A DNA stretch of 64,000 nucleotides from Deinococcales bacterium. GTDB lineage: Bacteria; Deinococcota; Deinococci; Deinococcales; JAAFIG01. The position numbers were made by a program, and so were the translations under genes. Positions 1 through 9,866 of the stretch are shown here, in pieces. Under the pieces are notes generated by a model. The model searched no databases. It had not been told where the DNA came from and saw only the letters and a list, made by a program, of their open reading frames with translations. The DNA is taken from NCBI GenBank assembly GCA_031414595.1, contig JANNVX010000064.1, positions 1 to 64,000 of the forward strand. Direction: 5' to 3'. Position 1 is the first letter of the stretch. Every line of letters starts with the position of its first letter.

Positions 1-122
1 GACGGGCGTATAACGAGTTGTTTGCAGAACGAATTATTCGTTTGTTGCCTTTGGAATTGAGCTTCGAGAAATACATTGTGTTGCTCGAGGACGCGCTTAA
101 TCTGGGAGTTAAGACTGCGTAA
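1..122 (+). CDS. 3' end of a CDS entering from the left (partial, unknown product)
   Basis: Open frame from 3 reads RAYNELFAERIIRLLPLELSFEKYIVLLEDALNLGVKTA and stops at TAA 120-122, convergent with the next gene. Confidence 0.45.
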   Translation, partial: RAYNELFAERIIRLLPLELSFEKYIVLLEDALNLGVKTA

Positions 123-133
123 AACATTCCAGA

Positions 134-679
134 CTATTGAAAAATAGATGTTGTAGAAATTGCTGATACCCAAATACCCCTTAACACTGCTTCGGTAGCT
201 TCTTCTGTTGATTCAAAAAATATATGAGCAATTCCAACTGCAAATGTATACCAAATAGCAAATGATAGAAGCATTAAAAGGTAGAACTGTGGGGTCAATA
301 ATTTTATTCGTAGTTGCTCACCAATTGAGCCGAAACTCAGGACATATTGAGAGTTTTGTTCTGGTCTTAGATTACCGTCAGAAGAAGTATTGTTGCTATT
401 CGGATTTGAATTAATAATTGAATCATCAGGTATTGTATTGGTGGGAAAAGCGCTATTTGAGCTTGTATTTGAGTCATTCAAAGACTTTCCCGTATTTAAA
501 CTATTAGTAGAAGGAGCAATAATACCATTCGGATTTGAATTAATAATTGAATCATCAGGTATCGTATTTGGATTATTCAATAATGTGGTTGACTTTCGGA
601 TATTTTCACTATAAAAAATAAGACCGCAAGTAACCAAAAACAGTAAAATAGCTATTCCAATCCAAATTTTTGGTTTCAT
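134..679 (-). CDS. Hypothetical membrane protein with Asn/Ser-rich linker and internal repeat
   Basis: N-terminal TM helix; NTIPDDSIINSNPN occurs twice; hydrophobic C-terminus resembles ORF 704..1027; very AT-rich. Confidence 0.6.
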   Translation of the reverse strand: MKPKIWIGIAILLFLVTCGLIFYSENIRKSTTLLNNPNTIPDDSIINSNPNGIIAPSTNSLNTGKSLNDSNTSSNSAFPTNTIPDDSIINSNPNSNNTSSDGNLRPEQNSQYVLSFGSIGEQLRIKLLTPQFYLLMLLSFAIWYTFAVGIAHIFFESTEEATEAVLRGIWVSAISTTSIFQ

Positions 680-703
680 CTAAACACCTCAAATTACTGT
701 ATT

Positions 704-1027
704 TTACGCATTGCGAGTAGTTAAAAAAGCAATTAGTGCCGTAATTATTAGAGTGGAAAACCCATAAGCAATTGCCACTGAAAGACTTGATAAAACTGAT
801 GGAATAATTGTAAAAAAGTAACCTACTAAGACAGCTACTAATGTGATGATAAAAACAGCCATCCAAGCACCAAAAGAGGATGCTTGGATGGCTTCCTGAC
901 CAGCATCAAACGAAAAGTGGGCAATAATTACAGCTAAAATGTACCAAAACAATAAGGCAACAATAATTGCTATATAAAACCCAACATTGCTTAGTAGTGG
1001 TGAAATTCCTAGCCAAATTTCGTTCAT
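704..1027 (-). CDS. Small hypothetical integral membrane protein (~3 TM)
   Basis: 107 aa hydrophobic ORF with an AGGAG RBS, 6 nt downstream of the preceding gene. Confidence 0.65.
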   Translation of the reverse strand: MNEIWLGISPLLSNVGFYIAIIVALLFWYILAVIIAHFSFDAGQEAIQASSFGAWMAVFIITLVAVLVGYFFTIIPSVLSSLSVAIAYGFSTLIITALIAFLTTRNA

Positions 1028-1033
1028 GGTCTC

Positions 1034-2356
1034 CTACTCTTTGCTTACTCGAAACTGGATGGTTATATTTAGAAATCGTGTTACACCATTATTCCCAGTC
1101 ACGTCTCCTTGAAACTCGAGGGTATGTTGTGAATCATCGGGCTTCAACTTAACTTTTGCGTCACCAAGTACCGTCTCTCCGTCAAGGCTCTGTAATTCTA
1201 AAGTTGCATCTGGTTGTATTCTGACTAAGTTTCCACTTTTTACAAAGCGCACCAATCTATTCCCCGTGGGAACTTTTGCATGGGTGGCAATAGGCTCACT
1301 GCTATCATTGATATAGTTTGCACCTGTAATGGCTGCAATTGTTCCATTGTTACGAATACCAGCCAGTGGAAATGTTTCAGGGTTCGTTTCGCTAATTTCA
1401 AGTACCCAGCCACCACTGCTTCCGCCTGAGCCAATCATTCGCACTACAACAAATGCGATAAGTCCAACCAATGGAATTAAAAGAAGCCAAATAGGAAAGC
1501 TACCACTGTTGTTTGAAACAGGTGTCACAGGTGTGCCAATGACTGTTCCTGCCAATAACTCTGTGCGCGAACCCCCTGATAATGTGCCACTGGTAAAGGT
1601 TTTGGGTACAAAAATAACAACCGCAATTTTGGCTTCTACGGTTTTGCCTTGCGAGTCTGTACCAACAAAAGGAATATCTAAAGTTGCTCCATCTTTAGTT
1701 CCTGGTATACGGTCTTTGGTCTCGAGAAGGGCTTGATATTCTGAGGCATTGCTTCCCATCAGTTGCTCTCCGGGCGCACCCTGACTAGCAGCGTAGTTCA
1801 GTAACATAATAAATATGGTGTTGCTTTTTGCTTGGTTGGGGAAATCATTTTTCTGGTCAAGTTCTACAGCCGCCCGTTCAAGGTCATGTCCGCCTTGGCT
1901 ACCAGCTTTTGGTGTGAGCGGAAAAATTTCTCGTACTTTGGCGGTTTTGGTTTCGTCTTTAGTATCACTAACAGACAAACTCAGGGTTGAGGCATCTGGG
2001 GTTTTATTTTCCCATAAGCCAAACTCGAAGGTACGCACAGAAACATTGTCTCCTGCAACTGCCGAATTTTGAATTAAGTTATTTGCTACTTGGCGAACAG
2101 CTTCGGCACGAATCGGGTCATCTTTGAAGAAACCTGTTTTGAAGGCAAGTACCCAATGAATAGGTTGGGTTTCCCAATTTCCACCTGTGCGCTGTAATGC
2201 CTCTTGAACGATTGCCACCAGTTTCGTTTCACCTGCCTGTAAACTCGCGGGGTCAAACTTGAAAACGACATCTTGTGCATGAGCAAACCCCAAAGCAAAA
2301 AGAACAGTAGTAAAGGAGTGCAACAAAAAGCGCATGAAAAAGTATACCTTATTCAT
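1034..2356 (-). CDS. Exported membrane-anchored protein (signal peptide, possible vWA-like alpha/beta domain, TM helix, beta-rich cytoplasmic domain)
   Basis: 440 aa ORF; signal peptide ending AHA-Q; TM segment FPIWLLLIPLVGLIAFVVV. Domain calls are inference. Confidence 0.65.
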   Translation of the reverse strand: MNKVYFFMRFLLHSFTTVLFALGFAHAQDVVFKFDPASLQAGETKLVAIVQEALQRTGGNWETQPIHWVLAFKTGFFKDDPIRAEAVRQVANNLIQNSAVAGDNVSVRTFEFGLWENKTPDASTLSLSVSDTKDETKTAKVREIFPLTPKAGSQGGHDLERAAVELDQKNDFPNQAKSNTIFIMLLNYAASQGAPGEQLMGSNASEYQALLETKDRIPGTKDGATLDIPFVGTDSQGKTVEAKIAVVIFVPKTFTSGTLSGGSRTELLAGTVIGTPVTPVSNNSGSFPIWLLLIPLVGLIAFVVVRMIGSGGSSGGWVLEISETNPETFPLAGIRNNGTIAAITGANYINDSSEPIATHAKVPTGNRLVRFVKSGNLVRIQPDATLELQSLDGETVLGDAKVKLKPDDSQHTLEFQGDVTGNNGVTRFLNITIQFRVSKE

Positions 2357-2427
2357 GAACTTGCTGTGAGCTAATTCACGCCAACTGGGTTCGGTCAGTT
2401 GCGTTTGTACTCGAGACTATACTGCCT

Positions 2428-3108
2428 TTAACCTTGATTTGGAAAGACCTGAACCTCCTGTACTCGCCCACCACTCGAGCGGGCTGCCATGTATGCAAAT
2501 GCCTCAGCGATTTCATTGGGTGTTATCCATGTGCTGGTGTCAGCATTCGGCATGTCACGGCGGTTAGCTGGTGTGTCTATCGCCCCCATCGGGTAAACCA
2601 CGCCATAACGCACAGCTTTTATTTCGGCGGCTAGGCTATTTATAAAAAGCGCCATTGCACCTTTGGCGGCGGTGTACAAGGCTAAATTCGCGCCAGAACC
2701 ACGGATTACTTGTCCAGCCGCGATTGCACCAAAAAAACCTCTGCTCTGCTCGAGAACGGCGGCAGTGGCGGCGGCGATGTTGACGGTACTGCGTAAGTTG
2801 CTGTCGAGCATTTGGTCATAGGTGCTGGGTTTATACTCGAGTATGCTTTCTATTGCAAAGCCGCCTATCGTGTGAATCACCCCGTCTAAACGCCCATGAG
2901 CATTAATAATCTGACCAACTGCTTTTTCTGCACCTTCAAGTGAACTCAGGTCGGCTGTGATTGATGTACCAAAAAGCCGTTCTCGAGGTGTTGAACTGGG
3001 GCGATCTAATAAGTACAAGGTTGTACCAAGCGATTCAAATTTAGCAATTATGCTTTGTGCCACTGCGCCACTTGCGCCAGTAATCAGGTAAATCTGGTTA
3101 TTTAGCAT
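2428..3108 (-). CDS. SDR family NAD(P)-dependent oxidoreductase
   Basis: ITGASGAVA glycine-rich motif and YTAAK catalytic YxxxK; ATG 3108 preferred as start. Confidence 0.85.
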   Translation of the reverse strand: MLNNQIYLITGASGAVAQSIIAKFESLGTTLYLLDRPSSTPRERLFGTSITADLSSLEGAEKAVGQIINAHGRLDGVIHTIGGFAIESILEYKPSTYDQMLDSNLRSTVNIAAATAAVLEQSRGFFGAIAAGQVIRGSGANLALYTAAKGAMALFINSLAAEIKAVRYGVVYPMGAIDTPANRRDMPNADTSTWITPNEIAEAFAYMAARSSGGRVQEVQVFPNQG

Positions 3109-3250
3109 TTGGTTATTGTACAAAAAGAGTCTGACTCGTGTCAGGGTTTTGTGACAGATGGCTGCCTACAATCGTTCACATTCAGGTTTTTATGGTCGTG
3201 TGACGGTCATGTGACGCTCAGATGCCATACTGTTTTTCGGAGGTTTACCG

Positions 3251-3583
3251 ATGATGTCCTATGCTCGTTCTCAAAAATCCAGTATGCCAATTGAACCCGA
3301 ACCATTGGTCATGCGTCAACTTGAAGGTAAATGGTCTGCTGTTTCGCCGTATCAAGTTTGGCAGCAAGTCGAATTGCAATCGGGTAAAATTAGTGTCAAG
3401 GTCAGAGGACAGCCAAGTTTGCGCGGTTATTTTTCCTTGCAAGGGCAGCAACTCGAGGTGACTTTAACTTCGGGTGTGGCGAGCGGACGAACGATTGAAT
3501 TTATGACTAGGTATCAAGTTTCAGATTTGGCATTAGCACTTGAGTTTTCGGTCTCGAGTTTCCAATTTCAGCGCATGACTTAA
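3251..3583 (+). CDS. Hypothetical protein
   Basis: 110 aa ORF preceded by GGAGG RBS at 3239-3243. Confidence 0.55.
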   Translation: MMSYARSQKSSMPIEPEPLVMRQLEGKWSAVSPYQVWQQVELQSGKISVKVRGQPSLRGYFSLQGQQLEVTLTSGVASGRTIEFMTRYQVSDLALALEFSVSSFQFQRMT

Positions 3584-3670
3584 TTTTGGGTTGACTTGCA
3601 GACACAGGTCAGTTATTTATGTTCTTTGCCCACTGTTGTTTCTTCGCTCCTCGGTTTAGACTGTGCAGGT

Positions 3671-4300
3671 ATGTCTCGTAACCGTCCCCCTTTCCAACAA
3701 ATGCAGCAACGCCGCGCTAAACTCCCCAAGGAAATGCGTCCTGCATCTGTCGCACAACAACAGACCCTGCTCGAGCAAGACCCGAAAAAACGGGCAAAAC
3801 TCGAGAAAGCCCGTGAACGGTATCAACCTGTCACCCTGACCGAAAAAATTATGATTCGAGCGCGTCCAGAAAAAGTCTATTACGCTGCTTTACCGCAAAA
3901 CGACCGCTTAAAATGGGATAAAACCGTGACCCGTTCGCAGTTTTTATCGCCAGACCCAAAGAAAAAAATCCCAGTCCCAAGCAAAGCCGCCGAAGGTGTT
4001 TATTTGGAACTGACCTATAACAGTATTTTACTGGGTGGTTTTCAATTCCGCTATGAATTTCTTCGCGCCCCCAATGGTTTTGTCTTACAAGCCACCAAAG
4101 GCGGAAGTATTTTACTGGCGGGTATTGCCGAATCATGGGCATTTGCCCCAACCAAGGGCGGAACAGAAGTAACCTTAACCCGCACCTATGTACCACGTTT
4201 TAAGTGGCTGCAAAAACGAGCCGCCCAAACCCAAGAGTCTGGTACAAAACTTGCCCTCGAGGGCTTAAAGAAATATGTCGAGAATCTGGCAGACAGATAA
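3671..4300 (+). CDS. SRPBCC/polyketide cyclase-like family protein with basic N-terminal extension
   Basis: Pattern IRARPEKVY...RLKWD...ESWAFAPTKGGTEVT...LEGLKKYVE; ATG 3671 follows a TAGACT -10-like box. Confidence 0.7.
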   Translation: MSRNRPPFQQMQQRRAKLPKEMRPASVAQQQTLLEQDPKKRAKLEKARERYQPVTLTEKIMIRARPEKVYYAALPQNDRLKWDKTVTRSQFLSPDPKKKIPVPSKAAEGVYLELTYNSILLGGFQFRYEFLRAPNGFVLQATKGGSILLAGIAESWAFAPTKGGTEVTLTRTYVPRFKWLQKRAAQTQESGTKLALEGLKKYVENLADR

Positions 4301-4371
4301 TGTTGCCCTAGCTATTGTCACCCCATTAGGGACAACTTGCCAGATTCGCTTTTCACGCCTAGACTGCACGT

Positions 4372-5394
4372 ATGGCTAAACATACGATTTGTTTGATCGA
4401 AGGTGACGGTATAGGGCATGAGGTTATAAGAGCCGCAAAATTGGTTCTCGAGGGGATGCAGGTAACGGGTGAACTCGAGTTTAATTGGCTGCACGCCGAG
4501 GCTGGTTGGGAGCTTTTTGAACGCACAGGCAACAGCATTCCAGATTCGACTTTAGAAATTGTTAAAAGCGCTTCAGCCACCTTGTTTGGAGCAGCCACCA
4601 GCCCGTCTAAAAAAGTAGCTGGGTTTAAGGGCGCGATTCGTCATATGCGTCGTGCCTTGGATTTATACGCCAATGTTCGTCCAGCCAAACATCATGCTGT
4701 CCCCGGCTCGAGAGCAGGGGTGGATTTAATTGTGGTGCGTGAAAATACCGAAGGGTTGTATGTCGAACAAGAACGCTCGTATATGGATGGCGAACTCGCC
4801 ATTGCCGAGGCGGTCATTACCAGACGGGCTTCGCAGCGAATCGGGGCGTATGCGGCAAAACTATCCTCGAGCCGAGCGCGTAAATTACTGCATATTGCCC
4901 ATAAAGCCAATGTGCTGCCAGTCACCCAAGGCTTATTCTTAAATACGGCAACCCAAGCAGCGCTGGCTTTTGATACAACCGTCAAAGATATTATTATAGA
5001 TAACTGCGCCATGCAGTTGGTCTCGAGACCCGAGCAATTTGATGTGATTGTCACAACCAACCTTTTTGGCGATATTATCTCTGATTTAACGGCTGGCTTG
5101 GTCGGTGGGCTTGGGATTGCTGCCAGTGGTAACATCGGCGACCAGTACGCGGTTTTTGAAAGTGTTCATGGCAGCGCCCCAGATATTGCCGGAAAGGGTA
5201 TCGCCAATCCGACCGCCACAGTTCTGGCAGCAGCGATGATGTTGCGGCACATTGGCGAAGAAATTGCCGCCACCCGTCTTGAGAAAGCGGTCGAAACTGC
5301 CTTAGAACATGGACCTCGCACCCGTGACTTGGGTGGAACACAAAGCACCTTGGAGTTTGCAAAAGTCTTACTCGAGGCGTACAGAACAGCTTAA
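4372..5394 (+). CDS. hicd: Homoisocitrate dehydrogenase (isocitrate/isopropylmalate dehydrogenase family, AAA lysine pathway)
   Basis: [34 protein letters not shown] and [15 protein letters not shown] closely match Thermus HICDH, which also lies upstream of pilM. Confidence 0.85.
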   Translation: MAKHTICLIEGDGIGHEVIRAAKLVLEGMQVTGELEFNWLHAEAGWELFERTGNSIPDSTLEIVKSASATLFGAATSPSKKVAGFKGAIRHMRRALDLYANVRPAKHHAVPGSRAGVDLIVVRENTEGLYVEQERSYMDGELAIAEAVITRRASQRIGAYAAKLSSSRARKLLHIAHKANVLPVTQGLFLNTATQAALAFDTTVKDIIIDNCAMQLVSRPEQFDVIVTTNLFGDIISDLTAGLVGGLGIAASGNIGDQYAVFESVHGSAPDIAGKGIANPTATVLAAAMMLRHIGEEIAATRLEKAVETALEHGPRTRDLGGTQSTLEFAKVLLEAYRTA

Positions 5395-5410
5395 CCTTGT
5401 TTTTTGCAGT

Positions 5411-5441
5411 AAAAGGTGCGCTCTAGGGCGTACCTTTTTTT
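5411..5441 (+). terminator. Rho-independent terminator
   Basis: AAAAGGTGCGCTC-TAG-GGCGTACCTTTTTTT: stem-loop plus T-tract after hicd. Confidence 0.8.
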
Positions 5442-5674
5442 AGTACAGATGCAATTTATGTTGCTGGCACTGTATACTGATGCCCGAATATGATTGCAAA
5501 TTCTCACTTTGGAGTTCGGCGCTGGTCAGAGCCTATTTTTGGCAGACCCGCAGTCATCCCTAGAATGTGTTTGTACTTTGAAACGCATTTCCGTTGTATA
5601 CTTGCCGAGTCTGCAAGTGGATTTATTAGTGGAAGTCGTCGTGAAATTAGGAATTCCTCGACCAGAGGGGGCAT

Positions 5675-6853
5675 ATGAAAGACATGATCAACCGGCTCGT
5701 CAACCCGAAAATCGAGGCTATTGGTCTCGAGATTGGCACGAGTACGATCAAAATCGTGGAGTTAAAGGCGGGCAGTCCGCCAACATTGCGTAATCTCGCC
5801 ATTCGACCAACCCCTCCTGGCGCTGTCAGCGATGGTCAAGTGGTTGAACCGCAAGCTGTTGCCAATGAAATCAAGGCGGCTTTGGCAGAAAAGAAAATCC
5901 GCAACAAATATGTGGTGACGGCAGTGGCTCAGCAGTCTGCCATTACCCGTATTGTTTCTGTTCCCAAAATGACCAGCAAAGAACTGGACGATGCGATCAA
6001 ATGGGAAGCCGAACGTTATATTCCTTTTCCAATAGACGAAGTGGTTTTGGATTACGACACACTCGATAACCCAGATGACATTCCAGCTGATGGTCAAATG
6101 GAAGTGATGATCGCGGCAGCCCAACAAGAAGTGATTGCCCGTCTGGTCGAAGTGATTAAACTGGCAGGTCTCGAGCCAGTGGTGATAGATGTTAAGCCAT
6201 TTGCGGGTTTACGAGCCTTAAAGGGCAGTTTATTGGGCGAACACCTCAACAAAACCACGCTGACGGGTGCAAGGTTTACCGAAGGTGGCGAAGTTGGTGT
6301 GGTTCTCGAGATTGGCGCTTCAAGCTCTAACATTGCTTTGGTGCGTGGCGAAAGAATTTTACTAAACCGTACCATCAATGTTTCTGGTGACGATTTTACT
6401 GTAGCAATTCAAAAAGCCTTTAACTTGGATTTTAATGCTGCCGAAGAAATCAAATTGCAATACGCCACCGCTACCATCCCGACTGAAGACGAAGAGGATT
6501 TACTCGACTTTGATGTCAATAAAGAAAAGTATTCTCCTGCTAAAATCTTTGATGCGATTCGTACACCTCTACTTGACCTAACCACCGAAATCCGTCGTTC
6601 GCTCGAGTTTTATCGTGTGCAGTCTGGCGATATAACCGTAGACCGAATGTACCTGTCTGGTGGCGGTGCGAAATTGCGTGGTCTAGCTGACGCGATTGGC
6701 GACACTTTGGGTTTCCGAGTCGAAGTGGGCGACCCGTGGTTATCGGTTGCCTTTGATGATAGTCAGTTTGATTCAGCATTTTTGCGGTCTTCGGCTGCCG
6801 AGTTGGCTGTACCGCTCGGACTGGCGATGCGGGGGGTGAGTGGACTTGATTAG
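5675..6853 (+). CDS. pilM: Type IV pilus assembly protein PilM (actin-like)
   Basis: IGLEIGTSTIKIVEL, AIKWEAERYIPFPIDEVVLDY, EIRRSLEFY and LSGGGAKLRGL motifs. Confidence 0.95.
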   Translation: MKDMINRLVNPKIEAIGLEIGTSTIKIVELKAGSPPTLRNLAIRPTPPGAVSDGQVVEPQAVANEIKAALAEKKIRNKYVVTAVAQQSAITRIVSVPKMTSKELDDAIKWEAERYIPFPIDEVVLDYDTLDNPDDIPADGQMEVMIAAAQQEVIARLVEVIKLAGLEPVVIDVKPFAGLRALKGSLLGEHLNKTTLTGARFTEGGEVGVVLEIGASSSNIALVRGERILLNRTINVSGDDFTVAIQKAFNLDFNAAEEIKLQYATATIPTEDEEDLLDFDVNKEKYSPAKIFDAIRTPLLDLTTEIRRSLEFYRVQSGDITVDRMYLSGGGAKLRGLADAIGDTLGFRVEVGDPWLSVAFDDSQFDSAFLRSSAAELAVPLGLAMRGVSGLD

Positions 6854-7526
6854 AATTAACCTTTTACCAAAGACCCTGCGTAAACGTGTCGAGCCGGGCT
6901 GGTGGCGTTTAATTGCCATTGCTGTGCCACTTGTTGCCTTGGCAGTGATGATTGGTATGCAGTTAGCCGCAAATTCCGAACGTGACCAATTGGTGCAAAC
7001 CCGAGATGACCGCAATACCGAACTCGCATTGTTGCAAAAATACATCACTGCTCAAAACGAACTCACCGCCCAACAACGCGAACTTGAAGCCACAACCAGC
7101 ATCAAAGCCCAACTCGAGCGTGAGCGGGTGGCATGGTCTAAAGAAGTTCGCACTTTTACTTCACAAATCCCACGTAGCTTAGAAGACCCGCGCCGTTTAG
7201 CGGCTTCGTTGCAGAACATGGGTTTGCGTCGGATTGACCCTGCGGTTGCCACCAACCAAGCAGCCACAGGCGCATATGATGGTAAACCAGTCACCACCGA
7301 AGTAACCTTTAATGCCCAAGCCACCAGCTTAAACGATGTTGAAACCTTCCAACGTGCCTTTGAAAACAGTGACCGCTTTGGAATCAACTTGGGTTCGGTG
7401 ACCAGAGGGCAGGATAACAACAGCACAAACTCAAGGTACACCTTTAATGCCACCGTAGGGCTTGTAGATGCTGCCGCCGCCACACCCGTGCCACCACCCG
7501 CAGCCACGCCACCAGGAGGACAATGA
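6840..7526 (+). CDS. pilN: Type IV pilus assembly protein PilN
   Basis: N-terminal INLLP motif, TM helix and coiled coil; overlaps pilM. Confidence 0.9.
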   Translation: MDLIRINLLPKTLRKRVEPGWWRLIAIAVPLVALAVMIGMQLAANSERDQLVQTRDDRNTELALLQKYITAQNELTAQQRELEATTSIKAQLERERVAWSKEVRTFTSQIPRSLEDPRRLAASLQNMGLRRIDPAVATNQAATGAYDGKPVTTEVTFNAQATSLNDVETFQRAFENSDRFGINLGSVTRGQDNNSTNSRYTFNATVGLVDAAAATPVPPPAATPPGGQ

Positions 7527-8215
7527 TGTCTAATATCTCTTCGTTGTTTTCACGTTTAACCGGTCAAATGATTGCGCTGATTGTTTTGGTGGTCACGATC
7601 CTTTTGGCTGTCCTGTGGTACACCCAAATGTATCAACCCGTCTTAGACGAACAGGCTGCCTTAAGAACCGAAATTACCGACCTTGACCAAAAAATTGCTG
7701 TAGGCAACCGTGCCAAAGCCAATGTGCCGCAGCTTTGTACGGTGGTGGCTGATTTACAAGTCCAACGCAAAGAATTCCTCAATGCCTTACCAAGTAAAGA
7801 ACAGTATGCCGACTTAATGCGAACCTTTAAGTTACAAATCGGCAATAACAAAGGGCAAATCAATAGCCTTGGTCGGTCGGTCGGTGCAACCACTGGTGTA
7901 TTGCCTGCTGGAGTAAGAGCCGTCAGCACAGCCTTGAACCTCACTGGCTCGTTCACATCAGTCATTGGCATTTTGCAATCACTCGAGAGCCAACAGCGTT
8001 TCTTACGCATGGATGGTGTCAACTTAACGCTCGGTGGTAACAATAATAACGCTGCCACTACAGAAACGACTTCTGATCCTAAATTAACCGCCGCGATTTC
8101 TGTAATCGCCTATGTTTATGACGCGGCTCGAGGGGCAGTAGACCGCCCACTTAACCCGTTGTGTCAAGTTCCAGTGATAACAACACCCGTAATAACCCCG
8201 GAGGTACCGCGATGA
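7523..8215 (+). CDS. pilO: Type IV pilus assembly protein PilO
   Basis: N-terminal TM, coiled coil and C-terminal ferredoxin-like pattern (LTGSF...LESQQRFLRMDGVNL); operon position. Confidence 0.85.
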   Translation: MMSNISSLFSRLTGQMIALIVLVVTILLAVLWYTQMYQPVLDEQAALRTEITDLDQKIAVGNRAKANVPQLCTVVADLQVQRKEFLNALPSKEQYADLMRTFKLQIGNNKGQINSLGRSVGATTGVLPAGVRAVSTALNLTGSFTSVIGILQSLESQQRFLRMDGVNLTLGGNNNNAATTETTSDPKLTAAISVIAYVYDAARGAVDRPLNPLCQVPVITTPVITPEVPR

Positions 8216-9858
8216 GTGACTTCGAAGATGATTTGAGCGAATCTGAGGTGAGTCAAACCGCACCACCTAAAAAACAAGGCATGAACCTCCCTAAAGTCTC
8301 GACACCTATGCTTTTAGGAGTCGGATTGCTTGCCCTTTTAGGCAGTGTAGGTGTTTGGTTTGCCTTAAATCCACCCTCAGCCCCAGTTCCAGACCCAATC
8401 GTACAAACACAACCTGTTACCACGCCAAGTACCACAACCCCGACTGTCGTAGCGCCCACAACCACAACACCTACCACTACTACTGCGCCCACAACGGCGG
8501 CGGGTACAGGTGTAGAGGCTGGCAATATTCCACTGATTGCCGATAAGCCCAAACCAGCCACGGCTACCTCGAGTACAAAACCAACTGCCAAACCAGCCAT
8601 TAAACCAGCCCCAAAACCCGTTGCGCCTCGGGTGGTTAATCCATTTGCACCATTGCCGCAATCGGGTTCTACAGCCGTGGCTGTGGTTAATTCGGGTAAT
8701 CAAGGTGGTCCTGCGATTGCGGTATTTAATCCACAACCACAACAACCAACCATTGTTCGTCCAACAGCCGCGCCGCAAGTAATCCGAACCCCAATTGTGT
8801 CCTCACCATTTGCACCGCGACCAACAAGTAGTTCGGGTGTTGCAGCAACCCCAGCCGGAACAAGTACCACTGTTAAACCTGTTCCAGTGGTTGTTGCCCA
8901 ACAACGTCCAGTCATTCCAAAGGTGCTGATTACCAAGACTCCACAGGCAGCAACAACAGCAGCAGTCCAGCCACGACCACCAACAACAGGGCTTGTTGCT
9001 GGCTCAGTTTTTTCAATAACCCCTAAAATTTTGGCGGCTTCGCCTAGAATTCAAGCCCCAATTCAAGCCACAACACCTACAAATACCAATTCTAATCCAA
9101 CGAACACGACAAATCCAACAACGCCATCTGTAACTCCGACCATCACTGCAGCGACCCAAACGCCTAGCACCCCTAGTCGCCCAGTCGTTTCTGATCCACC
9201 CGTCTTTAAGATTGAGCCAGCGCCAGTCTCGAGACCAACAACCCCAAGCACAATAACAACCCCAAGCACAACAACGACTCCAAGCACAACAACGACTCCA
9301 AGCACAACGACAACTCCAAGCACAACGACAACTCCAAGCACAACAACAACAACAACAACCCCAACAACCCCAAGCACGACAACAACCCCAACAACTCCAA
9401 GTACGACAACAACTCCAAGTACGACAACAACTCCAAGTACGACAACAACTCCAAGTACGACAACAACTCCAAGCACAACAACGACTCCAACTACAACAAC
9501 AACCCCAAGCACAACAACGACTCCAACTACAACAACAACCCCAAGCACAACAACGACTCCAAGTACGGCGACAGCCCCTGACCCAACCATCACAGCGCCA
9601 ATCATTCCAGTTGCACCTACCGCCGAGTTAATAGAATTGCGTCGCCTTGTCCAAGAAGATTTACGTCTCGAGTATGCTGGTTTTTCAATTGGCACAGTTA
9701 AAAAAGCCTTCTTTCAATCCAGTCGTGGTCTGCTATCAATTGCAGAAGGCGATCCCCTCATTCGTGATTCCAGTGTTATTCTGAAATCGGTAAGCCCCAC
9801 AGAAGTGGTTTTGGCACTCGGCAATGAACTCTTAACTCTACCTTTGGTGAAACGGTGA
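8212..9858 (+). CDS. pilW: PilW-like (Deinococcus-Thermus) pilus assembly protein with very long Pro/Thr-rich linker
   Basis: ATG 8212 after GGAGG and overlapping the pilO stop; TM helix, NPF motif, PSTTTT repeats and C-terminal beta domain; lies between pilO and pilQ as in Thermus pilMNOWQ. Confidence 0.7.
   Translation: MSDFEDDLSESEVSQTAPPKKQGMNLPKVSTPMLLGVGLLALLGSVGVWFALNPPSAPVPDPIVQTQPVTTPSTTTPTVVAPTTTTPTTTTAPTTAAGTGVEAGNIPLIADKPKPATATSSTKPTAKPAIKPAPKPVAPRVVNPFAPLPQSGSTAVAVVNSGNQGGPAIAVFNPQPQQPTIVRPTAAPQVIRTPIVSSPFAPRPTSSSGVAATPAGTSTTVKPVPVVVAQQRPVIPKVLITKTPQAATTAAVQPRPPTTGLVAGSVFSITPKILAASPRIQAPIQATTPTNTNSNPTNTTNPTTPSVTPTITAATQTPSTPSRPVVSDPPVFKIEPAPVSRPTTPSTITTPSTTTTPSTTTTPSTTTTPSTTTTPSTTTTTTTPTTPSTTTTPTTPSTTTTPSTTTTPSTTTTPSTTTTPSTTTTPTTTTTPSTTTTPTTTTTPSTTTTPSTATAPDPTITAPIIPVAPTAELIELRRLVQEDLRLEYAGFSIGTVKKAFFQSSRGLLSIAEGDPLIRDSSVILKSVSPTEVVLALGNELLTLPLVKR
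9244..9576 (+). repeat. Coding 18-bp tandem repeat (~16-17 PSTTTT/PTTTTT units)
   Basis: Units such as CCAAGCACAACAACGACT and CCAAGTACGACAACAACT are directly visible. Confidence 0.95.
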
Positions 9859-9866
9859 GGTCGCAC

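Noticed and set aside
9244-9576. Possible CRISPR array
   Set aside because: Contiguous in-frame tandem units with no unique spacers; no cas genes in the window.
9063-9695. Val/Gly-rich 210-aa ORF (and Leu/Glu ORF 9206..9490) on the minus strand
   Set aside because: Antisense shadows of the PSTTTT coding repeat.
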